Shown piece after piece: positions 1 through 11,820 of a stretch of DNA of 64,000 bases. A model generated the notes under the pieces. The model saw only the letters and a program-made list of their open reading frames with translations. It ran no database searches and was not told where the DNA came from. The DNA is from a virus. The stretch lies in the IMG/VR virus record IMGVR_UViG_3300032287_001394; one strand, written 5' to 3'. A program made the position numbers and the translations under genes. Each line of letters opens with the position of its first letter. Position 1 is the first letter of the stretch.

Positions 1-2
1 TT

Positions 3-500
3 AGTAATATTACTACTATAAAACTACATCGAGAAGTAGACGTACAGTACAATACTAATGCTAACTATACAATTAATTTAGGAAATCCGATTTATGGATC
101 TGGAGTTGCAGCACAATCCATCTTATCTACTGGATTTTATATAGCTGGTAATGATAATATAGTTTATATAGAAGACCTCCCTACTGATGAACTTACAGGT
201 CAGTTGCGCTTATGGTATTACAATAATGATATCAAGACTTACTTAAGAACTTTTGGTTCAGTAGACTATCCTAATGGTATAATTAGACTAACAGAACTTG
301 AAATCGTAGGTATCGATTTAACAGATGGCCCAATATTAGAGTTGATGATTAAGCCACAATCAAATGATGTAGTTTCTATTAGAAACCAGCTCGTCACCAT
401 CCCAGATAATAATATTACAGTTAACGTAGTATTAGATAAAGTTTCTGTAGGTGATCCTGGAGGCGGAACTAATTATATATTCACTTCAAGTAGAAATTAA
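3..500 (+). CDS. gp6: Baseplate wedge subunit gp6, C-terminal part (5' truncated by window)
   Basis: The frame is open from position 3 (SNITTIKLHREV...) into the 204..500 ORF. C-terminal GSVDYPNGIIRL...PQSNDVVSIRNQLV is typical of T4-like gp6, and the gene lies directly upstream of gp7. Confidence 0.8.
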   Translation, partial: SNITTIKLHREVDVQYNTNANYTINLGNPIYGSGVAAQSILSTGFYIAGNDNIVYIEDLPTDELTGQLRLWYYNNDIKTYLRTFGSVDYPNGIIRLTELEIVGIDLTDGPILELMIKPQSNDVVSIRNQLVTIPDNNITVNVVLDKVSVGDPGGGTNYIFTSSRN

Positions 501-2332
501 TGACCGTTAGTTTAAAGAGCGTAGTATCTAAACAGATACCTGAATTTATCAGGTCTGACTATCCCCTTTTTGTTGAGTTCATAGAAGCATATTATGAATA
601 CCTAAATGTTAGATCTTTTACTAGCGCATCAAAAACATATCAAGGTGGGTATCAGCAAAGAAACCTAGAAGAACTGCGCGATCTAGATACTACTCTAGAT
701 GAGTTCATCCAGTATTTTAAGAATGAACTAGATATATTTGGAGATAATTATGAATTTATTGATAGAGCTTTCTTCCTAAGAAAAGCTAAACAAGTATTCA
801 CTGCAAAAGGTACTGAAGCATCTTATAAGCTTTTATTCAAGTTACTATATAATAAACCTGCTGAGATTGCTTATCCATGGGATCAAGTATTAAAAGCTTC
901 TGATGGTAAATGGCAACAAGAGATGTCTATATTTGTTGACATAGCTACGGGTAACGCCTTTAATCTGGTTGGTAATAGGATTAATTTAAATGGTACAAAC
1001 CTTGCTATCAAGGTATTCGTTACTCGAGTAGAACTCTACAGCGGGACCATCTATCAACTATTCATAGACAAGAGTTATTATGGTACCATCCAAACTGGTT
1101 ATACTATTAGTGATGATGGAGTTACGGGTACTATTATACCTACTACAGTAAAGTATGAAATACTTAATAAAGGTATAGGTTTTAGAATTGGAACGTTTTT
1201 TGAGTCGACGACTATCTCTAATGGTCAAACTATCACTCAAAAATTAAAAGTTACTAGTGTTGATGCTAACGGAGGTATAACAGGATTAACCACTATCCAG
1301 TTTGGTGCAGGATATGCTCTTGACTTCTTTTCAACTAAAAACAACTCTGATGTAATATCAGATTCTAGTTTAACCATCGATAAGGATAGTACTAGACAGT
1401 TTTCTATCCCAAATGACACATTAATTGATAAGTATGTAGACTATGGTTACCTAATATCACCTATCTATTCCGATTTAGATTATTCTGATAACACGTATGC
1501 TGGTGTACTACTTAATCAATGGTATCAAGAGACAGATGCAGGTTTAAATGAGGTAGCTGATTTTGCTATCATTAAGTTTACCATAGGAGCTGTAGCAAAG
1601 TATCAAGGACAATTCATCAATAATGATGGGTTCTTAGATGATGAGATCTATATCCAGGATAGTAGATACTATCAAAAGTATTCATATGTTATAACTATCA
1701 ATGAGAGTTTAACTAAATATAAATCTCTAATTAAATCATACATACATCCAGCTGGTACGGCTATATTCTCTAATTATCAGATTCAGAATACTTTTGCGCC
1801 TACTGTTACTGCAACGTTTGAATTAGGAGAATGGATCTCCGGAGCTTCTGTAACTAACATAAATAGATCTATTAGGGATATGTTTGTATATCCTGCTGAT
1901 GCCGGTGGTGTAATTAGGATGGATGCCTATGATGTAGATTACTCTACTGCTGATCAATTCTATAATCCTCCAAGAGCGTATAGATTCTTTGGAGATGCTA
2001 GAAATGTCTTAAGAACAACTGTTACTGTAGATGATTCTGGATCTGCTGCAGTTTCAATGATATTTAATGCTGCTACCGCTGTTGATGATGCCCTTGAAAC
2101 TATTACGTATGTAAATCATGGATTTGCTACTCAAGATGCTGTAGTATATAGAACAAATGGTGGAACAGTAGTTGGTGGATTATCTGACCTAAATACGTAT
2201 TATGTATATAAAGTAGATAATGATACTATTAAATTAGCAACTTCAGCATCAAATGCATTAGGCGCAATAACAATTAATTTAACAGACGGTGTAGGAGCTA
2301 ATCATACACTAACAAAAACAGAGATTTTTTAA
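500..2332 (+). CDS. gp7: Baseplate wedge initiator gp7-like
   Basis: QIPEFIRSDYPLFVEFIEAYYEYL, KGTEASYKLLFKLLY and IQDSRYYQKYSYVI...HPAG motifs; position between gp6 and gp8. Confidence 0.8.
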   Translation: MTVSLKSVVSKQIPEFIRSDYPLFVEFIEAYYEYLNVRSFTSASKTYQGGYQQRNLEELRDLDTTLDEFIQYFKNELDIFGDNYEFIDRAFFLRKAKQVFTAKGTEASYKLLFKLLYNKPAEIAYPWDQVLKASDGKWQQEMSIFVDIATGNAFNLVGNRINLNGTNLAIKVFVTRVELYSGTIYQLFIDKSYYGTIQTGYTISDDGVTGTIIPTTVKYEILNKGIGFRIGTFFESTTISNGQTITQKLKVTSVDANGGITGLTTIQFGAGYALDFFSTKNNSDVISDSSLTIDKDSTRQFSIPNDTLIDKYVDYGYLISPIYSDLDYSDNTYAGVLLNQWYQETDAGLNEVADFAIIKFTIGAVAKYQGQFINNDGFLDDEIYIQDSRYYQKYSYVITINESLTKYKSLIKSYIHPAGTAIFSNYQIQNTFAPTVTATFELGEWISGASVTNINRSIRDMFVYPADAGGVIRMDAYDVDYSTADQFYNPPRAYRFFGDARNVLRTTVTVDDSGSAAVSMIFNAATAVDDALETITYVNHGFATQDAVVYRTNGGTVVGGLSDLNTYYVYKVDNDTIKLATSASNALGAITINLTDGVGANHTLTKTEIF

Positions 2333-2342
2333 GGAGTAGTAT

Positions 2343-3050
2343 ATGTTACATTCAAGCGTAAAACTTACAGGTAAGCTAGTCATCAAAAAGTTTGATGACG
2401 CTAATAAACTTGTATATGAGACAGAAGTAAAAAACTTAGTAGTAACCTCGGGTAAACAATTCATTGCATCTAGGATAGTAGAAAGCTCTGCTAATGTCAT
2501 GGGTTTTATGGCTATCGGAGACGACGCTTCATCAGCTTCTACCATACAAACTACACTAGTCAACGAACTAGCTCGTGTAGCTGTAGACTCTAAGACTGCT
2601 TCTGGAGTTAACTCAACATTCGTAGCTACATTCCCGGCTGGTACAGGTACCGGCAATATCGTTGAAGCTTCTATCACTAATACATCTGGAGCTTCTGTTA
2701 TATCATTTGATGGAGACACCGCAGTAGATGATGCTGGTGACACTATCACTTACGTTGCTCATGGATTTGTTACTGGCGACTTAGTTACTTATACTGATGG
2801 TGGTAATACAGCTATAACTAACTTAACAGACGGCGCACAATACTATATCATTAAAAGCACAAACGACGTAGTTAAGCTTGCATCATCTTCAGCTAATGCA
2901 AGTGCTGGTACTGCAATAAATATTACAGGAACATCTGGTGCTGGACATAAACTTTCAAAAGGTACTATGTTATGCAGAACAACGTTCCCAGTAATCGCTA
3001 AGTCATCATCTGAAACTTTAGCTATTTCATGGGTAATTACTGTAGGATAA
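2343..3050 (+). CDS. Virion structural protein (baseplate/tail associated) with an inserted ~80-aa repeated module
   Basis: AGGAG RBS; NLVVTSGKQFIASRI...MAIG N-terminus as in phage tail proteins; carries the FDGDTAVDD...HGF module shared with gp7 and gp8. Confidence 0.6.
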   Translation: MLHSSVKLTGKLVIKKFDDANKLVYETEVKNLVVTSGKQFIASRIVESSANVMGFMAIGDDASSASTIQTTLVNELARVAVDSKTASGVNSTFVATFPAGTGTGNIVEASITNTSGASVISFDGDTAVDDAGDTITYVAHGFVTGDLVTYTDGGNTAITNLTDGAQYYIIKSTNDVVKLASSSANASAGTAINITGTSGAGHKLSKGTMLCRTTFPVIAKSSSETLAISWVITVG

Positions 3051-3056
3051 TAAAAT

Positions 3057-6011
3057 ATGGCAACATCGTACGAAATATTCACGTCTAGGTTTAGCAAGAC
3101 GATCATTGATTCAGTATATCAAGAGATCGTCTCTAAGACTGCTACGTACTATCATTGGTTTGGTAAAGAAAACTTATGGACTGACTTCTTAAGTCCGTTT
3201 ATTCCATCTGGCGCTGTTGACAGCCCAGGTGCACCATCTTACAATTTTAGATATGAGTTGCATGTTCGACGTGATATATTAACTGCGAAAAAAATTAAAC
3301 CATCTGACGTATCTTATGTTATAAGACGGATAGATTGGGAACCTGATACAGTATATGATATGTATGATGATGCTATTGAGTCAGTTACTGGTGTAGGCTA
3401 TGCTCCAGCACCATCTGGTGCTACTAAATTAGAAGATGCAAATTTCTACGTATTATCATCGCAATACAATGTGTATAAGTGTATATGGAATAACGGTGCG
3501 GCGGCATCAACAGTGATGCCTACTGGTACTACACATCAGATCTTTACTACATCCGACGGTTATAAATGGAAGTTTATGTATTCTCTTCCTATATCATTAA
3601 GGACTAAGTTTTTATCTACAGCATATATGCCAGTAACTACAGCTCTTAAAGCGCCATATTATTCTGGTGGATCTATCACATCAATTAATATTACTGCTGG
3701 AGGTATAGGCTATAATGCAACTACTACTACAGCATCCATTGTCGGCAATGGATATAAAGAAGAAAATCCTTATGTTATTAATTCTATAACTATAAACGAT
3801 GCCGGGGATTCATATTCCACCACTCCTACTATTACTATAGATGAACCATATTTTGCCAATGATTGGGCGTCTGCTGCTAGTATTAGAGTAGGATCTTACA
3901 TTAAATATTTTAACTCGGCTACTCAAGATACTAATTACTATTATATTATTTCAGGTACACTATTAGGTACATCCGGCCCAACACATACGTCAGGTACTGT
4001 GACTAATGGTAGCGCACAATTAGAATACGTTGGCACACGAGCTAAGGCTTCTTGTGTATTAAGTGGAGCAACAATATCTACTGTAACGTTAGACAGTGCA
4101 GGCTTTGGATACACTAGTACTCCATTAGTGACTACATCGGCTGGTAAAACTAAAGATGCTGATTATTCTACAAATAATGCGTTTAGTACTGGTCAAATTA
4201 TAAAATCTGGATTAAGATACTACACAGTGACTACTGGTGGTACTACTGGAACTACAGCTCCTACACATACTTCTGGTGCTGTATCAAATGGAACTGCAAT
4301 ATTAACATATTTAGCTAGAGATGCAAATCTAACAACAGTTACGACAAAGACCGAAGCTGAGATAACATTAGAAATTAGTCCAGGAACTGATGCTGTATTT
4401 AGAGTAGATGTGACATCAGCTGGAACTAAATACAGTGAAGCTCCTACAATAACATTTACGGCTCCATCAACTGCAGGTGGTGTTACTGCAACTGGTACAG
4501 TTGTCATTGGTGCTTCTGGTGCAGTATCATACGTCACTATAAATGACCCAGGTAATGGATATACTAGTACTCCTACATGTACTATAACTGCTCCAAATAT
4601 TACATTCAATGGTGCTACTGCGGTTGATGATACTGCAGAAACCATTACATATAATACACATAAATTTGTTACTGGTGACTCTGTAACTTATAGTAATGGT
4701 GGAGGAACATCTATCACTGGATTAACTTCTGGTGCTACTACAGCAGGTTCATTTGTGACTGCCGGAAGATATATCATTAGGACTTTAACTGGTACTACGC
4801 AAGCACAATGGAATACAGCTGCTGGTACTAGTGGACTAACCTATATAGTAGGTGATATATTCACTGCAGCCGCGGCTGGAGCTGGAACCGGTACTGCTCA
4901 AAGAGTATACTATGTTATTCGCACAGACGCAAATACATTCAAGCTTGCTATTAATTCAGCTAATGCAACTGCTGGAACTGCAATTAACTTAACAGATGGT
5001 GTTGGCGCAGCACATACATTAACTCTCACAAATGGTGCAGCATTGGGTACAGTATACTTAGGTACGGGCGGTGAAGTGGTTGGTTATACTATAACTAATC
5101 CAGGCATAGGTTACACTACAGCAGACATTACAATAACTGATAGCTCTGGATCTGGATCAGGTGCTGCATTATCAGTCGATTTTGATATCGGTAATGTTAA
5201 TACTTTACAATCAAACGTAGAACTCTTAGCAGTACCTGGATCTATAGAAACTGTAAAAGTTGAAGATGGTGGGACTGGATATGGTGCTGCTACAGTATCT
5301 ATTTTAGGAGACGGCCAAGGAGCTACAGCTACAGCTACAGTTAGTGGCGGTAAAGTAACAGCAGTCAACATTGTGAATGCCGGTTCTGGATATACCTGGA
5401 CAGAGGTAGTTGTCTCAGGCGGAGCTGGTACTGGATGCTTAGCGCGGGCTATCATGTCACCATTAGGTGGTCATGGATTCAATGCAGTTGAAGAGCTATT
5501 TGCAAGATCGTTACAATTTTATACCGCTATGTCTAGAGATTTAAATCAAGGTATAGAAATCACCAATGATTATCGTAAAGCTGGATTAATTAGAAACCTT
5601 AAGAAGTTTGGCACTAATCAAAGATTCTCAGATGAAATTGGTTCTGGATGTGTGTTAATTACTGGTCAGTTTGATAAGTTAAAATTATTTCAAGATATGT
5701 TATTGCTTAAGCAAGAAACTACTGGAATTAATTATAAGAAGTATCGTATAGTTGACTTTAATGATACCCAAATCTTATTATCAGTATTCAATAACTTTAC
5801 CATCAATGTTGGGGACATTATAGTAACTGATCCTACAAACGGAGGATTAGAAGCTAACCCAACAGTTCCAGTATCAACTATCACTGTAGAAAGTGTCTCA
5901 GAAAGAACTATTGATCAATTTTCTGGAGACTTTGTATTCTTTAGTGTTAGAGAACCATATGCACCATCAGATGATCAAATTATTACCATAAGAACAACTT
6001 TAGCCTTATAA
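3057..6011 (+). CDS. gp8: Baseplate wedge subunit gp8-like, expanded with accessory modules
   Basis: RRIDW...YDMY...NFYVL...YNVYKCIWN...DGYKWKFMY gp8 core; long Gly/Thr-rich inserts (GxGYT repeats). Confidence 0.8.
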   Translation: MATSYEIFTSRFSKTIIDSVYQEIVSKTATYYHWFGKENLWTDFLSPFIPSGAVDSPGAPSYNFRYELHVRRDILTAKKIKPSDVSYVIRRIDWEPDTVYDMYDDAIESVTGVGYAPAPSGATKLEDANFYVLSSQYNVYKCIWNNGAAASTVMPTGTTHQIFTTSDGYKWKFMYSLPISLRTKFLSTAYMPVTTALKAPYYSGGSITSINITAGGIGYNATTTTASIVGNGYKEENPYVINSITINDAGDSYSTTPTITIDEPYFANDWASAASIRVGSYIKYFNSATQDTNYYYIISGTLLGTSGPTHTSGTVTNGSAQLEYVGTRAKASCVLSGATISTVTLDSAGFGYTSTPLVTTSAGKTKDADYSTNNAFSTGQIIKSGLRYYTVTTGGTTGTTAPTHTSGAVSNGTAILTYLARDANLTTVTTKTEAEITLEISPGTDAVFRVDVTSAGTKYSEAPTITFTAPSTAGGVTATGTVVIGASGAVSYVTINDPGNGYTSTPTCTITAPNITFNGATAVDDTAETITYNTHKFVTGDSVTYSNGGGTSITGLTSGATTAGSFVTAGRYIIRTLTGTTQAQWNTAAGTSGLTYIVGDIFTAAAAGAGTGTAQRVYYVIRTDANTFKLAINSANATAGTAINLTDGVGAAHTLTLTNGAALGTVYLGTGGEVVGYTITNPGIGYTTADITITDSSGSGSGAALSVDFDIGNVNTLQSNVELLAVPGSIETVKVEDGGTGYGAATVSILGDGQGATATATVSGGKVTAVNIVNAGSGYTWTEVVVSGGAGTGCLARAIMSPLGGHGFNAVEELFARSLQFYTAMSRDLNQGIEITNDYRKAGLIRNLKKFGTNQRFSDEIGSGCVLITGQFDKLKLFQDMLLLKQETTGINYKKYRIVDFNDTQILLSVFNNFTINVGDIIVTDPTNGGLEANPTVPVSTITVESVSERTIDQFSGDFVFFSVREPYAPSDDQIITIRTTLAL

Positions 6012-6014
6012 ATA
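6007..6014 (+). promoter_or_regulatory. T4-type late promoter TATAAATA
   Basis: Exact TATAAATA overlapping the gp8 stop, 28 nt upstream of the 6042 ATG; gp55 is encoded in the window. Confidence 0.75.
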
Positions 6015-6041
6015 TATAAAACATTGAAAGAGTAACCAGAT

Positions 6042-9000
6042 ATGTCACTTAATTTTAATATCAATCCATACTATGATGACTTTGATGATACCAAAAACTA
6101 TCATCGAATCCTTTTTAGACCAGGATATGCTGTCCAAGCTAGAGAATTAACTCAGCTCCAAACACAACTCCAAGACCAAATTAATAAGTTTGGTAAACAT
6201 GTATTTGTTAATGGATCTGTAATACTAGATGGAGGTCGATCATTTGAGAATGATATCCTTTCTATTAAGTTAGACTCATCATTTTCTGGAGCTGGTGTAG
6301 ATTATACAAAATTTACAGATACAATTATTACTGGTGCAACATCGGGAACAAAAGCAGTTGTTAAATTAGCTGTAGCTGCTACAGGTACAGATCCAATTAC
6401 TCTATTAGTTAAAGTTACATCTGGTTCAGCATTTACTGCCTCAGAAACTATTACTACTAATTCAACCGTAGCTTTCTCAGCTAAAGTACAAACTACTAAT
6501 CCATTCAATGATGCCATTATATTTTCAACTGATAGCGGTATATATTTTATTGATGGAAAATTTGTATACGTTGAAGCACAAAAAATCGCAGTAGATAAGT
6601 ACACAAATACATCATCAAAGAATATAGGTTTCTTAGTAACAGAGAGTGAAGTGGATTCAGATGATGATGCCACATTATTAGATGGTTCACAAGGTACTTC
6701 AAACTATGCAGCCCCTGGTGCTAATAGATATGGCGTTACATTAACATTAAGAGCAAAAGATTTAGGTACTGTATTAGATAATTTCGTTGAGATTGCTAGA
6801 GTCGTAGACGGAGATCTTGTACTTAATAAAGATAAGACTATCTATTCAGAGATTGGTAAAGAACTTGCTCGTAGAACGTTCGATGAATCAGGCGATTATA
6901 CAGTTAAGAAATGGCCAATACAAATATTAGATCATCAAGTTTCAGGAGCTACTGGCCCAAATCCAGCTAAGTTTACTGTTGCGTTAGATCCAGGAAAAGG
7001 TTATGTTAAAGGCTATGAGTATGAAACTATCAATCAAGAGTTCTTAACATTAGATAGAGCTAGAGACACAGCTACTGCTACTGGTGTTAATGTCAGTCTT
7101 AACTATGGTAATTACTTAAATGTTACCGGGGTATTTGGCGTATTCACTACAAACGCTGCATCGAGCCCATATACAAGTATTGAATTGCATGGCACGACTA
7201 GAACATCATCTGTAACTGGATCAATTTCAGGTACTACTCTTACCGTAACTGCCGTTTCATCTGGGGTTTTAGGCGTTGGCACAATTCTTTCTGGTACAAG
7301 CGTTACTGGAGGTTCATACATTACGGCATTAGGTACAGGTACAGGTGGAGTTGGTACATATACTGTATCTGCTTCATCTTCAGCAGGTAGTACAACTATC
7401 TCTGGCGTTGTAGGTGCTAATTCAAAACTTGGTACAGCTAGAGTTAGATTTATGAGATGGTTCTCTGGCACTGGTGCTAAGATAGATGATGTATATAGAA
7501 TGTATCTATTTAATATTACTATGGATTCAGGAAAATTATTTAAAGATGTAGAATCTATTATTATTAATTCAGCTTCTCCAACATCTGCAGCTAACATAGA
7601 TGTATCATCAAAGATTGGTGGTTCAACACTTGGAGATGTATCCTTATCAGGTCAAGACGTTCCAGGTTTAGTATTCCCGCTTTCTAATCAATATATCGAT
7701 TCTATAAGTTCTGTAGAATACAGGATTCAAAGAACATTATCACTAACATTTACTGCTGGAGTTGCTTATTCCACATTAAGTGCCAATGAACAATGGGTAG
7801 GTGCAGCTACTGTTAGCACACTTGATAAAGATACTCATTATCACATCGTATTCAACACTGTATCAGCGGCAGGTGGTACTGGAATGGCTGTAGGTTCTAT
7901 CTTAGATATGACAGCTGCAGGAAGATCAATTACTATTAGTGGTACAGCTAATGTAAACCAACAAATTACTGTCAATCTAAACGATGCTGCATTCGCTGGT
8001 ACAGCAACACTTATTGCAAGTATTGATTTAAGTGCACAATCTTCTTCTACTAGAACTAAGACATTATCTGGCTATTCTATCAAAATATTAGGCACTGGTT
8101 CTGCTGGAGGTTTAAATGTTACTACCGGTGGCAGAGATTCATTAGGTATATCGGATATCTATGATGTAGCAGCAATCTATAATACTACTACAACTAATCC
8201 AACTGCAGTTACAATTAATTCAACTACTGGCGTTCTTACATGGGGCGCTGTAGCTCGTACAGATGTTACTGCAAACTATAGTATCGATGATGGTCAACGA
8301 GCAGAGTTTTATGATCATGGTAATATCGTACTTACTGGAACTGCTCCAACTGCTACACACTATCTATTAGTAGTATATAGAAACTTCTCTCATACTGGTT
8401 CTGGATTCTTATCAAGAGATTCTTATTCTATCGATTATGAAGACATCCCAACATTTACTGACCCATCAACTGGATCTGAAATTGAATTAAGAGATGCTAT
8501 CGACTTTAGGCCGAGACGTGATAATGGTGCAACTACACTATCAAACGGTGAAGTTCCTGATCCTATTGCGACTATGGAAGCAACATATGATTATTACTTA
8601 GGTCGGTTTGATAAAATTATAGCTACATCAGATAAACAATTCATTATTAAAGAAGGTGTTCCTGCAGTATATCCACTAGTCCCAGCTGATGAGACAAATG
8701 GTATGACATTGTATATCTTAGCTATCCCTCCATATACATCATATATTGAAGATGTCCAAATTAAATACATCGATAATAAACGTTATACGATGAGAGACAT
8801 TGGTCGTTTAGAAAAACGTATTAATAATCTTGAGTACTATACACAACTTTCTTTATTAGAAAAACAAGCTAAAGATACATCAATCCCAGACTCTACTAAT
8901 CAAGAGAAGTTTAAAAATGGTTTTGCTGTAGATCCATTTACGTCACAAGACATATTCTATAACTCTGCTGCAGCATGGTCTGAAAGGCGATGGGGATGGT

Positions 9001-11612
9001 GGAATTCATGGTTTAATGGATCAAGCACATGGTCAGCAGGTGCAACTAACTATAATGAAAACTCATTAGCTCAAGCAGCTAACGTAGACTTTAATGCAGC
9101 CATCGATCCGGTTAATCAAGAATTAAGAGCTCCATTTACCATAACATTTAATGAATTTGAAACTAGTACTTTAACAACTACTGAAAAGAGTGGAGACTTA
9201 GTAACACTAGAATACACTGAGTCGACAGCTATTAGTCAACTAGTTGCTACGACTTATATCAATATCAACCCATTTAATGTTATTAGATTCAATGGTTCTA
9301 TTCTGCTTGAACCAGCATTTGATCAATGGGTAGATACACAATATTTACCAGCGGTTAATAAGATAGTTGATGTTCAAGTCCCAGATGCGGCTGACTCAGT
9401 AATTCAAAATATTAGTGGTAGCGGTAACAGAGTATCTATTACTAGTTCAACCACTACTATTCAAACAAACATTATTAGCCAAAATACTTCTTCATTAGGA
9501 ACTAATGTAGTTGATGTTCAATACATTCCATTCATTAGAGCTAATACTATTAGAGGTACAGCTAAAACATTTAAACCTAATGCAAGACTATATCCATTTG
9601 TTGAGAATACCAGTGTTACTTCATATTGCCGTCCATTAACATTGATAGAAGTACAGAATCATATTGGAACTCTATTTGATCCTACACAAGGCGTATACGA
9701 ATCTTTATCAATTAGATCTACTAGCTCTACTGGCACAGAATGCGGTACAGCTAAGACTGCTATCTATACTCAACCATTAACTACAGATAGCACTAAAAGA
9801 TATCTAACTGTATTTGATGAAGATGTAAGAGCAACTTCTACAACTAATAGCGCTTCTTCTGGATCAACTGCATTGACTGCGACAACAGCTACTGGTACAA
9901 TTAGAGTTGGTATGGTGGTCTCTGGTTCAGCAAATATCCCAGCTAATACAACAGTATCAGCTGTTGTTGGCACTGCGGTTACATTAAGTGCTGCAACTAC
10001 AGGTGCAGTTTCTAATGCATCATTAATATTTAATGGTTTAGTTGTTGGCAAGTATGTGTTTGGTTTAACTGGCAGCGGTTCAGGTGTAATTACTGCTGTT
10101 ACAACATACACTTTAGGTAATGCATTAATACCTGATGAATATGGTAACATTGGCTTTGAATTCCAATTACCAGCTAACACATTTAAGACTGGCGAAAGAA
10201 CATTTAGATTGATTGATAATTCAACTAATGATACTGAAGCACAAGAGTCTATAGGTGAATCTAAATACACCGCAATCGGTATGTTACAAACTAAACAAGA
10301 AACTCTATTAACCACACGAGCTGTACAAAATCAACGAGTAACAGTACAAACTGGTAATAGATTTTGGCATGATCCATTGGCAGAATCATTCTTAGTTGAT
10401 GATCTTGCATATCCGCAAGGTATGTACGTATCATCAGTTGACATCTGGTTTAGAACCAAATCTTCTACAGTACCAGTTACTTTAGAAATTAGACGTACTG
10501 TTAATGGTTATCCAGAATCCACAAGATCAATACCATTTGCAGAAGCTATATTACAGCCCGAACAAGTAAGTATTTCAACTAATGGTACTACAGCTACTAC
10601 ATTTAACTTTGCAAATCCAATCCATTTAAGTCCTGGAGAATATGCTTTAGTCTTAACATCAAACTCACAAGATTATCAAGTATTCATCTGTGAAGTTGGA
10701 CAAACTGAATTAAATGGTACACAAAAAGTTAATAAACAACCATACATTGGTTCATTGTTTAAATCACAAAATGCATCTACATGGGAAGCAAACCAAAATC
10801 AAGACTTGAAGTTCTTAATTCGAAGAGCATCTTTTGTAACATCAGGTACTGCAGAGTTTAATATCATTGATCCTGATGCAGTATCTAGTTATCAAACACT
10901 ATTTGTTAAGACTTCTAATATATTACCGACTGGCACTAATATTAATTGGGCGGCGAAAGCATGGTATGGATCAAGTTCATTTGATACAAACTGGATCCCT
11001 ATTAATATTAATCAAGATCTTAATTATGGCGAACTTAGACAAATTGCTGCTGCTGCAAGTACAGGTACAGGAGTTCCTAGTTTAAGATTACAAGCTACAT
11101 TAACTACAGACAATACTGCTATATCTCCAGCGATTGACGTATCGGCCATGGCCGCAGTTACTGCTTTAAATAGTATTAATAACGACACTACTAATGAAGC
11201 TGGTTCAAAATCTGGAGGAAATGCTACTGCTAAGTATATCAGTAAACCGATTAGTCTAGCTGACGGTTTTGATGCATCTAATATATGCGTTACTGTAGAT
11301 ATTAATATGCCATCAGGAACTAATGTTTATGTGTACTATAAAACATTGGCTACAGAGAAACAAACGCCGATTGATGACGAAAGTTGGGTAGCCATGACTC
11401 AAGAGAAAGCTGTGCCTGTATCGACATCGGCTTTTGACTTTAAAGAATATAGATTCTTCCCGTCCGGTGCGTTTAATGCTTTTGGAGTACCGCAAGATAG
11501 TCCTATTACTACTAGATTTAATGCATTCCAAATTAAAATAGTCATGACATCTTCTAGTCAAACAGCTACACCTAGATTACGTGATCTTAGGATCATAGCT
11601 TTGGATAGTTAA
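6042..11612 (+). CDS. Large virion structural protein, VrlC/DUF4815-like
   Basis: N-terminal [31 protein letters not shown], plus [13 protein letters not shown] and [24 protein letters not shown]; C-terminal [11 protein letters not shown]. Confidence 0.8.
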   Translation: MSLNFNINPYYDDFDDTKNYHRILFRPGYAVQARELTQLQTQLQDQINKFGKHVFVNGSVILDGGRSFENDILSIKLDSSFSGAGVDYTKFTDTIITGATSGTKAVVKLAVAATGTDPITLLVKVTSGSAFTASETITTNSTVAFSAKVQTTNPFNDAIIFSTDSGIYFIDGKFVYVEAQKIAVDKYTNTSSKNIGFLVTESEVDSDDDATLLDGSQGTSNYAAPGANRYGVTLTLRAKDLGTVLDNFVEIARVVDGDLVLNKDKTIYSEIGKELARRTFDESGDYTVKKWPIQILDHQVSGATGPNPAKFTVALDPGKGYVKGYEYETINQEFLTLDRARDTATATGVNVSLNYGNYLNVTGVFGVFTTNAASSPYTSIELHGTTRTSSVTGSISGTTLTVTAVSSGVLGVGTILSGTSVTGGSYITALGTGTGGVGTYTVSASSSAGSTTISGVVGANSKLGTARVRFMRWFSGTGAKIDDVYRMYLFNITMDSGKLFKDVESIIINSASPTSAANIDVSSKIGGSTLGDVSLSGQDVPGLVFPLSNQYIDSISSVEYRIQRTLSLTFTAGVAYSTLSANEQWVGAATVSTLDKDTHYHIVFNTVSAAGGTGMAVGSILDMTAAGRSITISGTANVNQQITVNLNDAAFAGTATLIASIDLSAQSSSTRTKTLSGYSIKILGTGSAGGLNVTTGGRDSLGISDIYDVAAIYNTTTTNPTAVTINSTTGVLTWGAVARTDVTANYSIDDGQRAEFYDHGNIVLTGTAPTATHYLLVVYRNFSHTGSGFLSRDSYSIDYEDIPTFTDPSTGSEIELRDAIDFRPRRDNGATTLSNGEVPDPIATMEATYDYYLGRFDKIIATSDKQFIIKEGVPAVYPLVPADETNGMTLYILAIPPYTSYIEDVQIKYIDNKRYTMRDIGRLEKRINNLEYYTQLSLLEKQAKDTSIPDSTNQEKFKNGFAVDPFTSQDIFYNSAAAWSERRWGWWNSWFNGSSTWSAGATNYNENSLAQAANVDFNAAIDPVNQELRAPFTITFNEFETSTLTTTEKSGDLVTLEYTESTAISQLVATTYININPFNVIRFNGSILLEPAFDQWVDTQYLPAVNKIVDVQVPDAADSVIQNISGSGNRVSITSSTTTIQTNIISQNTSSLGTNVVDVQYIPFIRANTIRGTAKTFKPNARLYPFVENTSVTSYCRPLTLIEVQNHIGTLFDPTQGVYESLSIRSTSSTGTECGTAKTAIYTQPLTTDSTKRYLTVFDEDVRATSTTNSASSGSTALTATTATGTIRVGMVVSGSANIPANTTVSAVVGTAVTLSAATTGAVSNASLIFNGLVVGKYVFGLTGSGSGVITAVTTYTLGNALIPDEYGNIGFEFQLPANTFKTGERTFRLIDNSTNDTEAQESIGESKYTAIGMLQTKQETLLTTRAVQNQRVTVQTGNRFWHDPLAESFLVDDLAYPQGMYVSSVDIWFRTKSSTVPVTLEIRRTVNGYPESTRSIPFAEAILQPEQVSISTNGTTATTFNFANPIHLSPGEYALVLTSNSQDYQVFICEVGQTELNGTQKVNKQPYIGSLFKSQNASTWEANQNQDLKFLIRRASFVTSGTAEFNIIDPDAVSSYQTLFVKTSNILPTGTNINWAAKAWYGSSSFDTNWIPININQDLNYGELRQIAAAASTGTGVPSLRLQATLTTDNTAISPAIDVSAMAAVTALNSINNDTTNEAGSKSGGNATAKYISKPISLADGFDASNICVTVDINMPSGTNVYVYYKTLATEKQTPIDDESWVAMTQEKAVPVSTSAFDFKEYRFFPSGAFNAFGVPQDSPITTRFNAFQIKIVMTSSSQTATPRLRDLRIIALDS

Positions 11613-11613
11613 T

Positions 11614-11820
11614 ATGAAGATTAAAGTAGAAAATGAATCTTTAGTTAGGGATACTACTACTAATGCTATATTAGAAGTAGATACAACTAAGTTAAATAAG
11701 TATAGAGCTATCAGACAAAGTATTAAAGATAGAGAACATAAGATAGATTATTTAGCTGAAAGAATAAATAAATTAGAATTAATCATAGAACGGATGAACA
11801 ATGGCGACAATATTACTTAG
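11614..11820 (+). CDS. Small hypothetical coiled-coil protein
   Basis: 68-aa ORF tightly packed between structural genes; LVRDTTTNAIL start and heptad-like C-terminus. Confidence 0.6.
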   Translation: MKIKVENESLVRDTTTNAILEVDTTKLNKYRAIRQSIKDREHKIDYLAERINKLELIIERMNNGDNIT

